Source of the DNA: Bacteroidales bacterium
GTDB lineage: Bacteria > Bacteroidota > Bacteroidia > Bacteroidales > WCHB1-69
Assembly (NCBI GenBank): GCA_017615795.1
Contig: JAFZZK010000020.1
Coordinates: 93,155 to 157,154, forward strand
DNA: 64,000 nucleotides
Direction: 5' to 3'
Part shown: positions 36,203 to 45,078 of the stretch, one piece after another
How the letters are laid out: the number at the start of each line of letters is the position of its first letter
Position numbering within the stretch: the stretch's first letter is position 1
The notes under the pieces: model-generated
Told to the model about the DNA's origin: nothing
The model's database searches: none
Seen by the model: the letters and a program-made list of their open reading frames with translations, nothing else
Made by a program: the position numbers and the translations under genes

Positions 36203-37654
36203 ATGTTTCAAACAACCTTCACCCAACAAGTCTTAAACGACATTCATGAATTTCTGAACCAGAACACCAAAGTATTCACCAACAAGCGCGATTTTCAGAT
36301 GAACTTAGCAGTTTATCTGAAATGTGTGAGACATTATGACGTCGAAGTGGAATATCACGTGCCGTCGGACATTCTATCCACCCTTATTCCGCAAACCCTG
36401 CCGGAGAGATGCACCTACTACCCTTGGCTCCAGGCCAACAGCGACAGGCCTCAGGAGATGTACGTGGATATTGTAGTCAGCAACGGGGAGGAATACGTGC
36501 CCGTCGAACTGAAGTACAAGAAGAAAGAGCTGAAAGGCGATGTGGAGCTGTTCGGGCAGAACATGGGCAAGGGCGTCATCCTGAAAGGTGATGCGGCACA
36601 CGATTTCGGACGATATGGCTTTTGGAAGGATGTGCGCAGAACAGAGCTTCTGGTCAAGTCGTTCGAGAATGTCAAGAACGGCATCGTACTGTTTGTCACC
36701 AACGACGAATCCTACAAGACGGCTTCCATGACGGACACCAACAGCGAGCATCTCGCCATGGGTGAAGGCACCGACACGTATCACAAGGGCACGAACTGCT
36801 GCTGGCCGTTCAACCCGCTGATGACAGACACCTACAATTCCTGCCCGAGTTTCAAATTGGAGGACGAACATGATGTGAACTGGAACGGCTACACCTTCAG
36901 TGGGGTTGGTTTCCACTGTGCGGAAGTGATTGTGCATGGCGCCATGACATCTCAGGAGTCTCTTGACAAATATGGTGAGGCCACCATGCACACATTTCGC
37001 GTGAATATAGACACGTACGCCACATACGTAAGCTTTACCGACACGGTGGAAGATTATTATCAGAAAGGAAACGAGCACTATTCGTCAAAGAAAGAATACA
37101 TCCAATATGTCAAAGACTCTTTGGATAATGACGATGCGCTGGAAGAGATATTCGGTCTTGATGATGACAATGATCCTTGGTATGATGTGGACATCTACGG
37201 CGACTTTATTCTCCCCAAAGACATCCCCAACACCCCGTTTTCGCTGGAAGTCCTCGATGAAAATGAACAAGTGGTTTTTTCATCGAAGAATATCCTCGAC
37301 TTTAGCAAGGACTTGCATTTTGAGGAGGAGTTACGCCATTTCGACGGATTGCAGCTTGTCACGCAAGGCCTCACACGATGCTGGTATGAGTTCACCATTC
37401 AGGACACGGAATTCCGTCCCGAGAAGTTCCAGTTCAAAGCGGCAAAAGCGTATTGGAAGAAAAACGCCAACGAGTTCCCGATAGCCCTTTATGAGGCAAC
37501 ATACGATAACAAGCCTGTTGATTGTTCAGATATGACTGGCGACGACAAGGGTTATTTCTGCCGCGAACTGGTGGAGGCAGACCAAAACGGATGGAACATT
37601 CTCGCATCGGTCCAGTTCGACCAATGGGTCCGCGAAATGTTGTTGACGAAATAG
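36203..37654 (+). CDS. PD-(D/E)xK nuclease-fold N-terminal domain fused to a ~300-aa unknown C-terminal region
   Basis: 483 aa. KRDFQMNLAVYL, YVDIVVS and YVPVELKYKK (D..ExK), then GIVLFVTNDESY. These parallel the 177-aa ORF blocks EADLELELGYLL / KVDLYTT / AAIEMKW / GFALVYTKERSY. Confidence 0.65.
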   Translation: MFQTTFTQQVLNDIHEFLNQNTKVFTNKRDFQMNLAVYLKCVRHYDVEVEYHVPSDILSTLIPQTLPERCTYYPWLQANSDRPQEMYVDIVVSNGEEYVPVELKYKKKELKGDVELFGQNMGKGVILKGDAAHDFGRYGFWKDVRRTELLVKSFENVKNGIVLFVTNDESYKTASMTDTNSEHLAMGEGTDTYHKGTNCCWPFNPLMTDTYNSCPSFKLEDEHDVNWNGYTFSGVGFHCAEVIVHGAMTSQESLDKYGEATMHTFRVNIDTYATYVSFTDTVEDYYQKGNEHYSSKKEYIQYVKDSLDNDDALEEIFGLDDDNDPWYDVDIYGDFILPKDIPNTPFSLEVLDENEQVVFSSKNILDFSKDLHFEEELRHFDGLQLVTQGLTRCWYEFTIQDTEFRPEKFQFKAAKAYWKKNANEFPIALYEATYDNKPVDCSDMTGDDKGYFCRELVEADQNGWNILASVQFDQWVREMLLTK

Positions 37655-37689
37655 AGATTACTGTGCTATATCTCCATTAAAAAAATTTC

Positions 37690-37697
37690 TATATTTG
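37690..37697 (+). promoter_or_regulatory. -7 promoter box (TATATTTG) for ORF 37745
   Basis: Exact TAnnTTTG, 48 nt upstream of the ATG. Confidence 0.5.
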
Positions 37698-37744
37698 CAC
37701 CTTCAATAACATACAAACAATAACAACATATAAAGAACAAGATT

Positions 37745-38296
37745 ATGGGATGGTTTAACAGAAACAACAACGACGAGACATCTCGTTACAAGAAAGAAGC
37801 CTCTATCGGAAATCTTACCATTGGCATCCGTCCTGACAACAGTGTGGAACTGATACTTGACGGTAAGATATATAACGGCAATGTGATGCGATTTTTACGC
37901 GATGAGGTTGCCCCGGAGGTGGGACTCAGTGTGGATCCCCGTTGGAACACCCACCAGCTCGGGAGCAAACTTGTGGACTTCATCAATGAAGATGAAGGTG
38001 CTTCTTCAAGCAGTCGCAAAATTTTCAGAATCACATATCATTATTGGGCGATTCCGAAGGGACTCGTTGTGGAGGCGGATACGCTGGACGAGGCCATGAA
38101 AAAAGCACGCGACTTGATAAGAAGCGGCCATGACAGTTGGGAAGACACAGAAACGGAGGAGTGTTTTGACCATATGTCTATCGAGCAAGCTATTATAGAT
38201 GATAATAATGAGGACGACTATCCTGATTGGGACTACGTCGGGGACACCAGATCCGATATTGAATCGTGGAAAGGAGAGAAGTACGAGAAACTTTAA
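37745..38296 (+). CDS. Hypothetical protein with acidic C-terminal half
   Basis: 183 aa. No catalytic motif recognised. Confidence 0.5.
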   Translation: MGWFNRNNNDETSRYKKEASIGNLTIGIRPDNSVELILDGKIYNGNVMRFLRDEVAPEVGLSVDPRWNTHQLGSKLVDFINEDEGASSSSRKIFRITYHYWAIPKGLVVEADTLDEAMKKARDLIRSGHDSWEDTETEECFDHMSIEQAIIDDNNEDDYPDWDYVGDTRSDIESWKGEKYEKL

Positions 38297-38341
38297 TAAA
38301 CATAGAGTCATAATTTTAGTAAAAATCTTAAATTGAATAGT

Positions 38342-38902
38342 ATGGGAATTAACGATCGCTTTAGAAGAAAATCCAACAACAACATTACCAACTGCCCAAC
38401 GTCTGTGGCAACAATTGAGTTAGGAGGAAAATATACCTTTTGCTTGCACGAAATCGATGTCTTGGACAAAGACATTGATATATCTGACAAATTGGACAAT
38501 AGTAGAAAATTAAATGAATACGGGGATGGTCCCTTTTGTATTTTTCGTATAAATAATCATCTAAAAGACAAGGGATTATATTGTTATATCGTTAATGGGG
38601 AACTAAAATACATCGGCGAAACTTGCAAAACTTATGAAGATCGAATAAACAATGGATATGGTCGTATTTACGCTCGTAATTGCTATAAAACAGAAATAAT
38701 TGGAGGAGAGAAACATTCGGGAGGACAATCAACCAATTGCCGAATCAATTCTCTTGTTAATGAAGAACTTCACAATGGAAATGATATTCTGATTGGTTTT
38801 TATGTGATGAATGACAGCAATGATGGCGAAATTAAGTCATTAGAAAGTTTTTTGATTGACAAATACGATCTTGACCGCTTTGGATGGAATAAGAAGCGAT
38901 AA
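38342..38902 (+). CDS. GIY-YIG nuclease-domain protein
   Basis: GLYCYIVNGELKYIGET (GIY-x8-YIG), Arg 9 residues after YIG (YEDR), a later Glu (KSLESFLI) and Asn (GWNKK). Start moved from TTG to the first ATG (MGINDRF). Confidence 0.65.
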   Translation: MGINDRFRRKSNNNITNCPTSVATIELGGKYTFCLHEIDVLDKDIDISDKLDNSRKLNEYGDGPFCIFRINNHLKDKGLYCYIVNGELKYIGETCKTYEDRINNGYGRIYARNCYKTEIIGGEKHSGGQSTNCRINSLVNEELHNGNDILIGFYVMNDSNDGEIKSLESFLIDKYDLDRFGWNKKR

Positions 38903-38947
38903 ACTACACCTTCTATGAACATTAGATAATTATTAAAAGACATTAAC

Positions 38948-39613
38948 ATGGCAGAATTAAGAATTGATGGCCGTATGACTGTTGCGGCATTTGTTGAACA
39001 ATTTGAGAACAAATTTGCAGCTGTACTGAAAGTTTATAAAGACAATAAGGGGCATCTGGCTGAAGACAATGCACGTCTTGCTAATGTTCAGGTGTTGAGA
39101 GCCCCGACAGTAGGCGTTTTCTCTTTCCGTTCTGACATTTCGGTAGGCAGTTTTTGCGATCGACTATATGAGGAGTATGGTCTCGTAGTGAAAGTGTTCC
39201 AGCGTAGTGGGAATGGATCTATGCTTGATAAAATGGCCCTTTCAGATTTGGAAAAGGTTCCTTACAAAGCGAGCAAAAAGGAAATGGAACAATATGCACG
39301 CTATATGGCTAAAGAGATTCAAGATCTGGATTTGAAAAGCGCCGCTGATGAATTGTATGAAAAAGGTAAGAAGGTTAGAAATTCCAACGACAGAAAAGAC
39401 CTTGAAGACCTTGAAGACATAGTGACTCTCTTAGATGAACTTGAGGAAAGTAAACATCGTGGAGGTCTTGATAAGGTCGCCTCTGTTTGTAAAAAATATC
39501 CGATACCTGAGATAGGAGGCATCATATCTTCAATCGTTTCCGGAAATTTTTTGGCTCTTGGAGTGGAAACACTACGGACTTTGATTAAACTGACCGAATT
39601 ATTCAATCAATAA
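38948..39613 (+). CDS. Hypothetical protein (duplicated ~45-aa N-terminal module, coiled-coil middle, hydrophobic tail)
   Basis: 221 aa. TVAAFVEQFENKFAAVLKVY... and SVGSFCDRLYEEYGLVVKVF... look like an internal repeat. Confidence 0.5.
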   Translation: MAELRIDGRMTVAAFVEQFENKFAAVLKVYKDNKGHLAEDNARLANVQVLRAPTVGVFSFRSDISVGSFCDRLYEEYGLVVKVFQRSGNGSMLDKMALSDLEKVPYKASKKEMEQYARYMAKEIQDLDLKSAADELYEKGKKVRNSNDRKDLEDLEDIVTLLDELEESKHRGGLDKVASVCKKYPIPEIGGIISSIVSGNFLALGVETLRTLIKLTELFNQ

Positions 39614-39658
39614 GTCGATAATCATAATAGATTAAGATAACCTTACAATTTAACTGTT

Positions 39659-41173
39659 ATGCACGCATTATCCAAATCCCGCTATACCGCCTTCCGCCAA
39701 TGCCCCAAAAACCTTTGGCTGAAGATATACAAACCGGAAGAGGCCGTAGAAGACCCTTCGTTGCAGGCCCGGCTCGACCAGGGCAACGAGGTGGGCGACC
39801 TCGCCATGCAGTACTTCGGCGACTATGAGGAGGTGACCACCTATTCCCACGGAAGATTAGACCTTTCCGCCATGGTCAAGAAAACCCAACAATATATGCG
39901 GAGCTCCGTGGAAAACATTTGCGAGGCCTCCTTCGAATACAAAGGCAACTATTGCGCTGTCGATATCCTGCACAAGGAGGGTCGCGGCTGGGCCATCTAC
40001 GAGGTGAAAAGCACCACGGCATCTCCCGGGAGGATTGACCGGAGCAAAATCGCACCATACCTCCCCGACATCGCCTACCAGACTTGGGTGCTGGAGCAAT
40101 GCGGGGTCAAGGTAACGGGGTCTTACCTGCTGTGTCTCAACAAGGAGTATCGCCGTGGCAGAGAGCTGAACATTCAGGATATGTTTGTGGCATTAGACCT
40201 CTCCAAAGAGATCGACCACGAGTACCGGCTCATTGACGACACCGTGAGACGGGCGCAGAAGATCATCAACAGCGACGTTGAGCCCGAAATCGACCTTTCG
40301 GAAGACTGCTACAAACCTTATCCGTGCGCCTTCTTCGAATATTGCAAGCGGCAACACGGGATTTCGAAGCCCTCCGTGTTCGATACATACCGTATGTCCG
40401 GGAAGGACAAGATTGAACATTACCAACAAGGGCACACCTCTTTTGAAGATCTGCGCAACGAAAAGTTGACCCCAAACCAACGCAGGCAAGTGGAAAACAC
40501 GCTGAACAACACGATCGAGATAAACAAGGACGGAATCCGCAGGTTTTTGTCCCAGCTCTCCTTGCCGCTCTATTTTCTGGATTTTGAGACGATGCAGAGT
40601 GCGGTGGCGGAATTTGAGGGTGTCAAGCCTTATCAGCAGATTCCGTTCCAATATTCGCTGCATATTGCCAAACGGCCGGGCAAGTATGACCACTTGGGGT
40701 ATCTGGCGGAAAGCGACGGCACCGACCCGCGTCGGGGGGTGGCCGAACAGCTCTGTGACGACATTCCCGCCAATGTGTGCGTGCTCGCATACAATATGCC
40801 GTTCGAGAAAAATTGTCTCAAAGATTTGGCGTACGCCTTCCCGGACTTGTCGCGCCACCTCATGCGCATCCACGACAACATGGTGGATTTGCTCGTGCCT
40901 TTCCGCGAAGGGTACTATTACGTCCCCGCCATGGGCGGCTCGTTCAGCATCAAGAGCGTGTTGCCCGCCCTTTTCCCCAACGACCCCAAACTGGATTACC
41001 ATAACTTGAAGGACGTTCACAACGGCAGCGAGGCCATGGACATCTTCCCGAAAATCAGGACTATGTCGCGCCGCGAAGCCGAGCGCACCCGCGAGAACCT
41101 TCTCCGCTACTGCGAGCTTGACACCTTGGCGATGGTGAAGATCTGGGAGAATTTGATAGAGGTGGCGCAGTAA
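39659..41173 (+). CDS. DUF2779-family protein: Cas4/RecB-like PD-(D/E)xK nuclease with 4-Cys cluster plus C-terminal exonuclease-like domain
   Basis: 504 aa. N-terminal FRQCP, nuclease motif AVDIL...WAIYEVKS, Cys triad CYKPYPCAFFEYC, then LYFLDFET...IPFQYSLH, which is typical of DUF2779 as recalled. Host-like GC (57% in a sampled line). Confidence 0.7.
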   Translation: MHALSKSRYTAFRQCPKNLWLKIYKPEEAVEDPSLQARLDQGNEVGDLAMQYFGDYEEVTTYSHGRLDLSAMVKKTQQYMRSSVENICEASFEYKGNYCAVDILHKEGRGWAIYEVKSTTASPGRIDRSKIAPYLPDIAYQTWVLEQCGVKVTGSYLLCLNKEYRRGRELNIQDMFVALDLSKEIDHEYRLIDDTVRRAQKIINSDVEPEIDLSEDCYKPYPCAFFEYCKRQHGISKPSVFDTYRMSGKDKIEHYQQGHTSFEDLRNEKLTPNQRRQVENTLNNTIEINKDGIRRFLSQLSLPLYFLDFETMQSAVAEFEGVKPYQQIPFQYSLHIAKRPGKYDHLGYLAESDGTDPRRGVAEQLCDDIPANVCVLAYNMPFEKNCLKDLAYAFPDLSRHLMRIHDNMVDLLVPFREGYYYVPAMGGSFSIKSVLPALFPNDPKLDYHNLKDVHNGSEAMDIFPKIRTMSRREAERTRENLLRYCELDTLAMVKIWENLIEVAQ

Positions 41174-41215
41174 AGAAATATTGAGAAACATATTTGGAAT
41201 ATTTTAAAGGAGTAA

Positions 41216-41239
41216 GCCGAAAATCCGGAAAAGAGTAGG
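41216..41239 (+). repeat. Leader/cassette repeat copy C, core GCCGAAAATCCGGAAAAGAGTAGG
   Basis: Identical to copy A. The ATG of ORF 41261 follows 21 nt later. Confidence 0.85.
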
Positions 41240-41260
41240 CGAAATAAAATGTAAAAAAAT

Positions 41261-41890
41261 ATGCATATAGAATATGACTTAGAGAGTGTTGGTAAATTCA
41301 ACTATTTGAAGTTTGAAAAACGTGTGTTTTATATCCCAAATACTCGATACGATATATATATCGAAGGACATATATTAAAAATAGATCTAGGGGATAATTA
41401 TAAGTATGTCATAGCAAATGGCTTAAAATGCTATCAGTTCCTATGGTATAATGCTCAAGACGACACCATTACAACCAATATTGAAGCCGACACTGTAGAC
41501 GGAACACCGACTAACGAATGGTTCTGTTGTACATTCCCCTATGATGCCAAGGAATTTCCTTTGAACGAGCAGCATCCAAGGATTGTGGTTCCTAAAAGAG
41601 ATTATATCGAATTGTTAAATTCATTTTTAGCAGAAAAAACAACCCTTGACGATTCCCTCAAGCAACTTCTTATAGAACACCCAGATTTTTTTAATGCCTA
41701 TTGGCCTATTGAGAAACGGGATATGAATAAGATTGATTGGGTGAAAATAGATGGTGAGCTCAAAGCCGCGCGTGAAAATCCAGAGTGCAGACCATTGTTA
41801 TTGGATAATGATGAGACAATCCCCGAGGAATATAGAAGATTTCCTTCGTGGTTACATAATTTTTTTGTAAAAACGTTAGGCGAGGAATGA
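41261..41890 (+). CDS. Hypothetical protein
   Basis: 209 aa, AT-rich, preceded by repeat copy C. No motif recognised. Confidence 0.5.
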   Translation: MHIEYDLESVGKFNYLKFEKRVFYIPNTRYDIYIEGHILKIDLGDNYKYVIANGLKCYQFLWYNAQDDTITTNIEADTVDGTPTNEWFCCTFPYDAKEFPLNEQHPRIVVPKRDYIELLNSFLAEKTTLDDSLKQLLIEHPDFFNAYWPIEKRDMNKIDWVKIDGELKAARENPECRPLLLDNDETIPEEYRRFPSWLHNFFVKTLGEE

Positions 41891-42309
41891 TTATGTAATC
41901 CGTTTCTTTGATTTTTGCCAAAATGATTACCTACAAATAAACAACTAGGTAAAATAACAAGTATGTATGCATAGAAGAGGTAATATTATTTATTTTGAAG
42001 ATAATCAGGAATTCATTTTTTTTGGCTTTGATATCCAAGTTGATTTTCAAACAATCAACTAAAACACCATATATAGCACCCTTTTCTTCACTGAAGTTTT
42101 GATTTTTTTCGCAAGCTTCACCTATATGGAGCCTCTTATCTTACTTAAAATCTTTTTAATAAAAGAAAAGTCATTGCATGAATATTTATCTCATAAAACT
42201 ATTTTAGAGACCAAGTCATTGCACATTTTTTTAAGAAACGTGTAACAATCTTCGTTTCGAGATTAAAGAAAGAAAAGCATTAGGGGCGAATTTATGTCAA
42301 TGAGCGTGC

Positions 42310-43284
42310 TTATTTTGTGGGCAACGGTAAATTTGCACCATCGGCATTGAGCAAAATAATCCGCAAAAGTTCCATATAATACCTTTCCTCGTCAAATGGG
42401 AAAAAACCACTTTTGAATGGTTCGACATACTTCTTATACTCTAGGGTGGATTTAGACAATCTGTATTTGGCCGCGTGGAAGGCGTCAATCCAATGGATAT
42501 TTTCCAATGTACTAACATTTTCATTTTCATACTTCCACAGATAGTAGCCGAAACCGTAGTGGGCGACACCGCAGCTGAATTGTTTTTGATGTACATTGAA
42601 TTTCGCGCGATCTAATAAACTATCATATTGTTTATCTTTATTGGCCAACGCTTCCACAAATTTAAGCATGCCATACTCCGTTAGCGGCTCTTCCACAAAG
42701 GGAACCGATATGTCTTTTTTATTTAAATCGTCATAGAAAGCGTGAAACATTTCGTGGATTAGAGTGATAACTAGCTGATCTCTATTTATCGAGAATCTTA
42801 AGTCCGTTAGACCCATCCGTGTTTCCATCAACAATACGATTTCTGGCCTGTGACTTTTACCATCGCGGATATAATAACCTGGTAATTCAATTTCCTCAAC
42901 TATGGGTAATTTGTCATCCGGAGATGAGTTAGGATGACTCTTTTTATAATCATCTCTTTTCCACTTCAATATTGTAATCAGATCATCCAGCAATCTACGT
43001 TTGTCCTCTTCCTCACTAGTTTTGTCCATCTCTCTGTTCAACCAGTCAAATTCCTTCTCCAGTTTGGCAATTCTGTTGTTCAAGTCTTTCCATTTAATCT
43101 CATAGCTTTCCGGCCTGCTCTTATATAAATCCAGATAGATAGGGACTTTTTTGTTGATGTCAGACATTTTGAAAAACAGTCCGTCTGGCGTCTTGAACTC
43201 AAAGTCGGAAATATCATCCAAAAGCTTCTGAATATCCTGATCAAGAGGTTCTGTATAATCCCTGTTAAGAAGTGTAATACTCAT
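42310..43284 (-). CDS. Putative HExxH zinc metalloprotease with coiled-coil N-terminal region
   Basis: 324 aa. LIHEMFHAFYDD (HExxH) with a downstream acidic EEPLTEYG as a candidate third ligand. Confidence 0.55.
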   Translation of the reverse strand: MSITLLNRDYTEPLDQDIQKLLDDISDFEFKTPDGLFFKMSDINKKVPIYLDLYKSRPESYEIKWKDLNNRIAKLEKEFDWLNREMDKTSEEEDKRRLLDDLITILKWKRDDYKKSHPNSSPDDKLPIVEEIELPGYYIRDGKSHRPEIVLLMETRMGLTDLRFSINRDQLVITLIHEMFHAFYDDLNKKDISVPFVEEPLTEYGMLKFVEALANKDKQYDSLLDRAKFNVHQKQFSCGVAHYGFGYYLWKYENENVSTLENIHWIDAFHAAKYRLSKSTLEYKKYVEPFKSGFFPFDEERYYMELLRIILLNADGANLPLPTK

Positions 43285-43346
43285 ACGTTTATTATTTTAT
43301 ACCCGTTCATTGAAAACAATCATATTATTCTTATGACCGCAAAAAC

Positions 43347-43497
43347 ACGAATAAGTATTTGTGTTTTCGTCTTGCAAAAATACATTTTTTTTCTAATCTT
43401 GGAACTGTTTTAACGGAAAAGCATCCCCCCGAAATTCTTCTGCAAATCGCGGGTGCAACTCTTCGACAACCGCGTGGGCAACGCCCAATAGGAGACG
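43347..43497. repeat. Duplicated promoter/operator module, copy X (upstream of the HExxH gene)
   Basis: Alignable end to end with 45079..45227. Contains direct half-sites CGCGGGTGCAAC (43448..43459) and CGCGTGGGCAAC (43471..43482). Confidence 0.8.
43375..43382 (-). promoter_or_regulatory. -7 promoter box (TATTTTTG on minus strand) for the HExxH gene
   Basis: Plus-strand CAAAAATA inside module X. Confidence 0.55.
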
Positions 43498-43516
43498 CGC
43501 CATGGCACGTCTCTAC
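43489..43516. repeat. Palindromic element, TAGGAGACG-N10-CGTCTCTAC
   Basis: Arms at 43489..43497 and 43508..43516, spacer CGCCATGGCA. Same architecture as the three copies at 45947, 46150 and 46283. Confidence 0.75.
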
Positions 43517-43610
43517 ACGCCACCATCTTCTTCCTGCTGCCGTTCTTCGTGTCGGGGGTGGCGGTTGTGGTGGGAAAAATATGAGAATGTTTGTAAGTTT
43601 GCTACAATTT

Positions 43611-44498
43611 CTACAGTTCATGTTGCGCTAGAGAAAGACTCACCTTATTCCCACTTCGCGTCGGAAATACCAGCGTGGAATGTTCCTCTATAAGCAGACG
43701 TAATTGTCTCTCACTCACTATAGTCAGATCCACGTCATTCGCCAACATCATTTCAGATATCGCTGGATAGTCAGTAAGCAACCGCATCCGTTCGGTCATT
43801 GTTTGATCTGATATAATAGGAGACAGGGCAAATAGTTCCAGATTAGAGGCTGTCTCCTCAATCAGATGACTTTTCACAAAGTTTTTTTGTTTTTCATCCC
43901 CTATAAGCTCGCCAATTCCCTGCATCAAGACTTTTGGACTTGTCTTCCTTATACTTTCTGCGCACTGTGAGGCATAGCCTGCAACACCCATTCCCGTGCG
44001 CAGTCGGACAATATTCGGGTTGATGGCCGTACCCTTCTGAAGGAAAAACCACACATCGAAAATGTCACGAGGAGTGATACGTTCCCCCAAGGCACAAAGC
44101 TTATGGGCAAACATATCAGGAAGAGTCATTACCCGCACATCCGTGCCCGCCAGAGTCTTGATTTCGTAATGGTTGTCATAATGCCGTGAGGAGACCTCAA
44201 CTTTCAGCATACGGTTACCCCCACCATAATTGAGGACCAGCAAAGGACCATAAAACTTCATTGCCTCGTCATCAATCTTCCCAAAACTCAACAGCAGGTT
44301 GTGCAACGCACGGAATACACTCTCTGCTTTCGTGTCATCCAGCAAGTTGAAATCCAGATCTGTTGAAAACCTGGGCAACTGATGAAACAACATTAACGAG
44401 GTTCCACCTTTAAAGGCAAGTTGTACAGACAGCTCTTTGTCGCGGAAAATGGCAAGCAAGACTTGCATCATAAAATAACGGTGTTTTGCAATATCCAT
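43611..44498 (-). CDS. abiEii: AbiEii/AbiGii-family nucleotidyltransferase toxin (type IV TA)
   Basis: 295 aa. LAFKGGTSL and RFSTDLDF motifs. Lies 4 nt downstream of the AbiEi-like gene. Confidence 0.85.
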   Translation of the reverse strand: MDIAKHRYFMMQVLLAIFRDKELSVQLAFKGGTSLMLFHQLPRFSTDLDFNLLDDTKAESVFRALHNLLLSFGKIDDEAMKFYGPLLVLNYGGGNRMLKVEVSSRHYDNHYEIKTLAGTDVRVMTLPDMFAHKLCALGERITPRDIFDVWFFLQKGTAINPNIVRLRTGMGVAGYASQCAESIRKTSPKVLMQGIGELIGDEKQKNFVKSHLIEETASNLELFALSPIISDQTMTERMRLLTDYPAISEMMLANDVDLTIVSERQLRLLIEEHSTLVFPTRSGNKVSLSLAQHEL

Positions 44499-44502
44499 AA
44501 TG

Positions 44503-45075
44503 TCAGATGCTTAGAATTTTTTTTACATTTTGCTCCAATGCTTTAGATTGATATGTCGGGATTAGATTCTTGACCTTCTTTTTGTTAAGAGGCCGCAGGT
44601 TGTCAAAATAACAATTCCCTGCGCTTAAATATACCATATCCAAAAACGCCCGTTCCGCAGAGGCAATACAAATATTATCCTTTTGCACAATTCCTTCTCC
44701 ACCCAACCATAATTCGGGCTTTATTTGTCGGAAAGAATACTTTTGTGCGCCAACTTCCACCGTTCGGGAAAGATAGCTCACAGAGGTCAGTGCAGAGTCA
44801 TATTGGAAAATCACCCCTGCCTGCCCCAGAACATACTCCAGTGAGAGATAAGACGGATGGAAAATGGAACAAGCCAACTCTTCCGCATTGAAAATGCGTT
44901 TCGTGTAAATTCCGCGTCTTGGATTAAGGATTTCTCCTTTCTTGACATAATAGTTCAGCATTTTCGTCAATCTCACACCATCAGCAATACCTGTCATCAT
45001 AACCAAAGACTGGATGGTAAAGACGGTCCTTGTGGATTCCCATATTAATTTCAGCACATTATTTTGAGAACTCAT
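44503..45075 (-). CDS. abiEi: AbiEi-family antitoxin / transcriptional regulator (type IV TA)
   Basis: 190 aa from MSSQNNVLKLIW. Its size and position directly upstream of AbiEii fit the family. The ORF-track 283-aa version runs through the promoter and repeat, so it was trimmed. Confidence 0.75.
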   Translation of the reverse strand: MSSQNNVLKLIWESTRTVFTIQSLVMMTGIADGVRLTKMLNYYVKKGEILNPRRGIYTKRIFNAEELACSIFHPSYLSLEYVLGQAGVIFQYDSALTSVSYLSRTVEVGAQKYSFRQIKPELWLGGEGIVQKDNICIASAERAFLDMVYLSAGNCYFDNLRPLNKKKVKNLIPTYQSKALEQNVKKILSI

Positions 45076-45078
45076 AAT

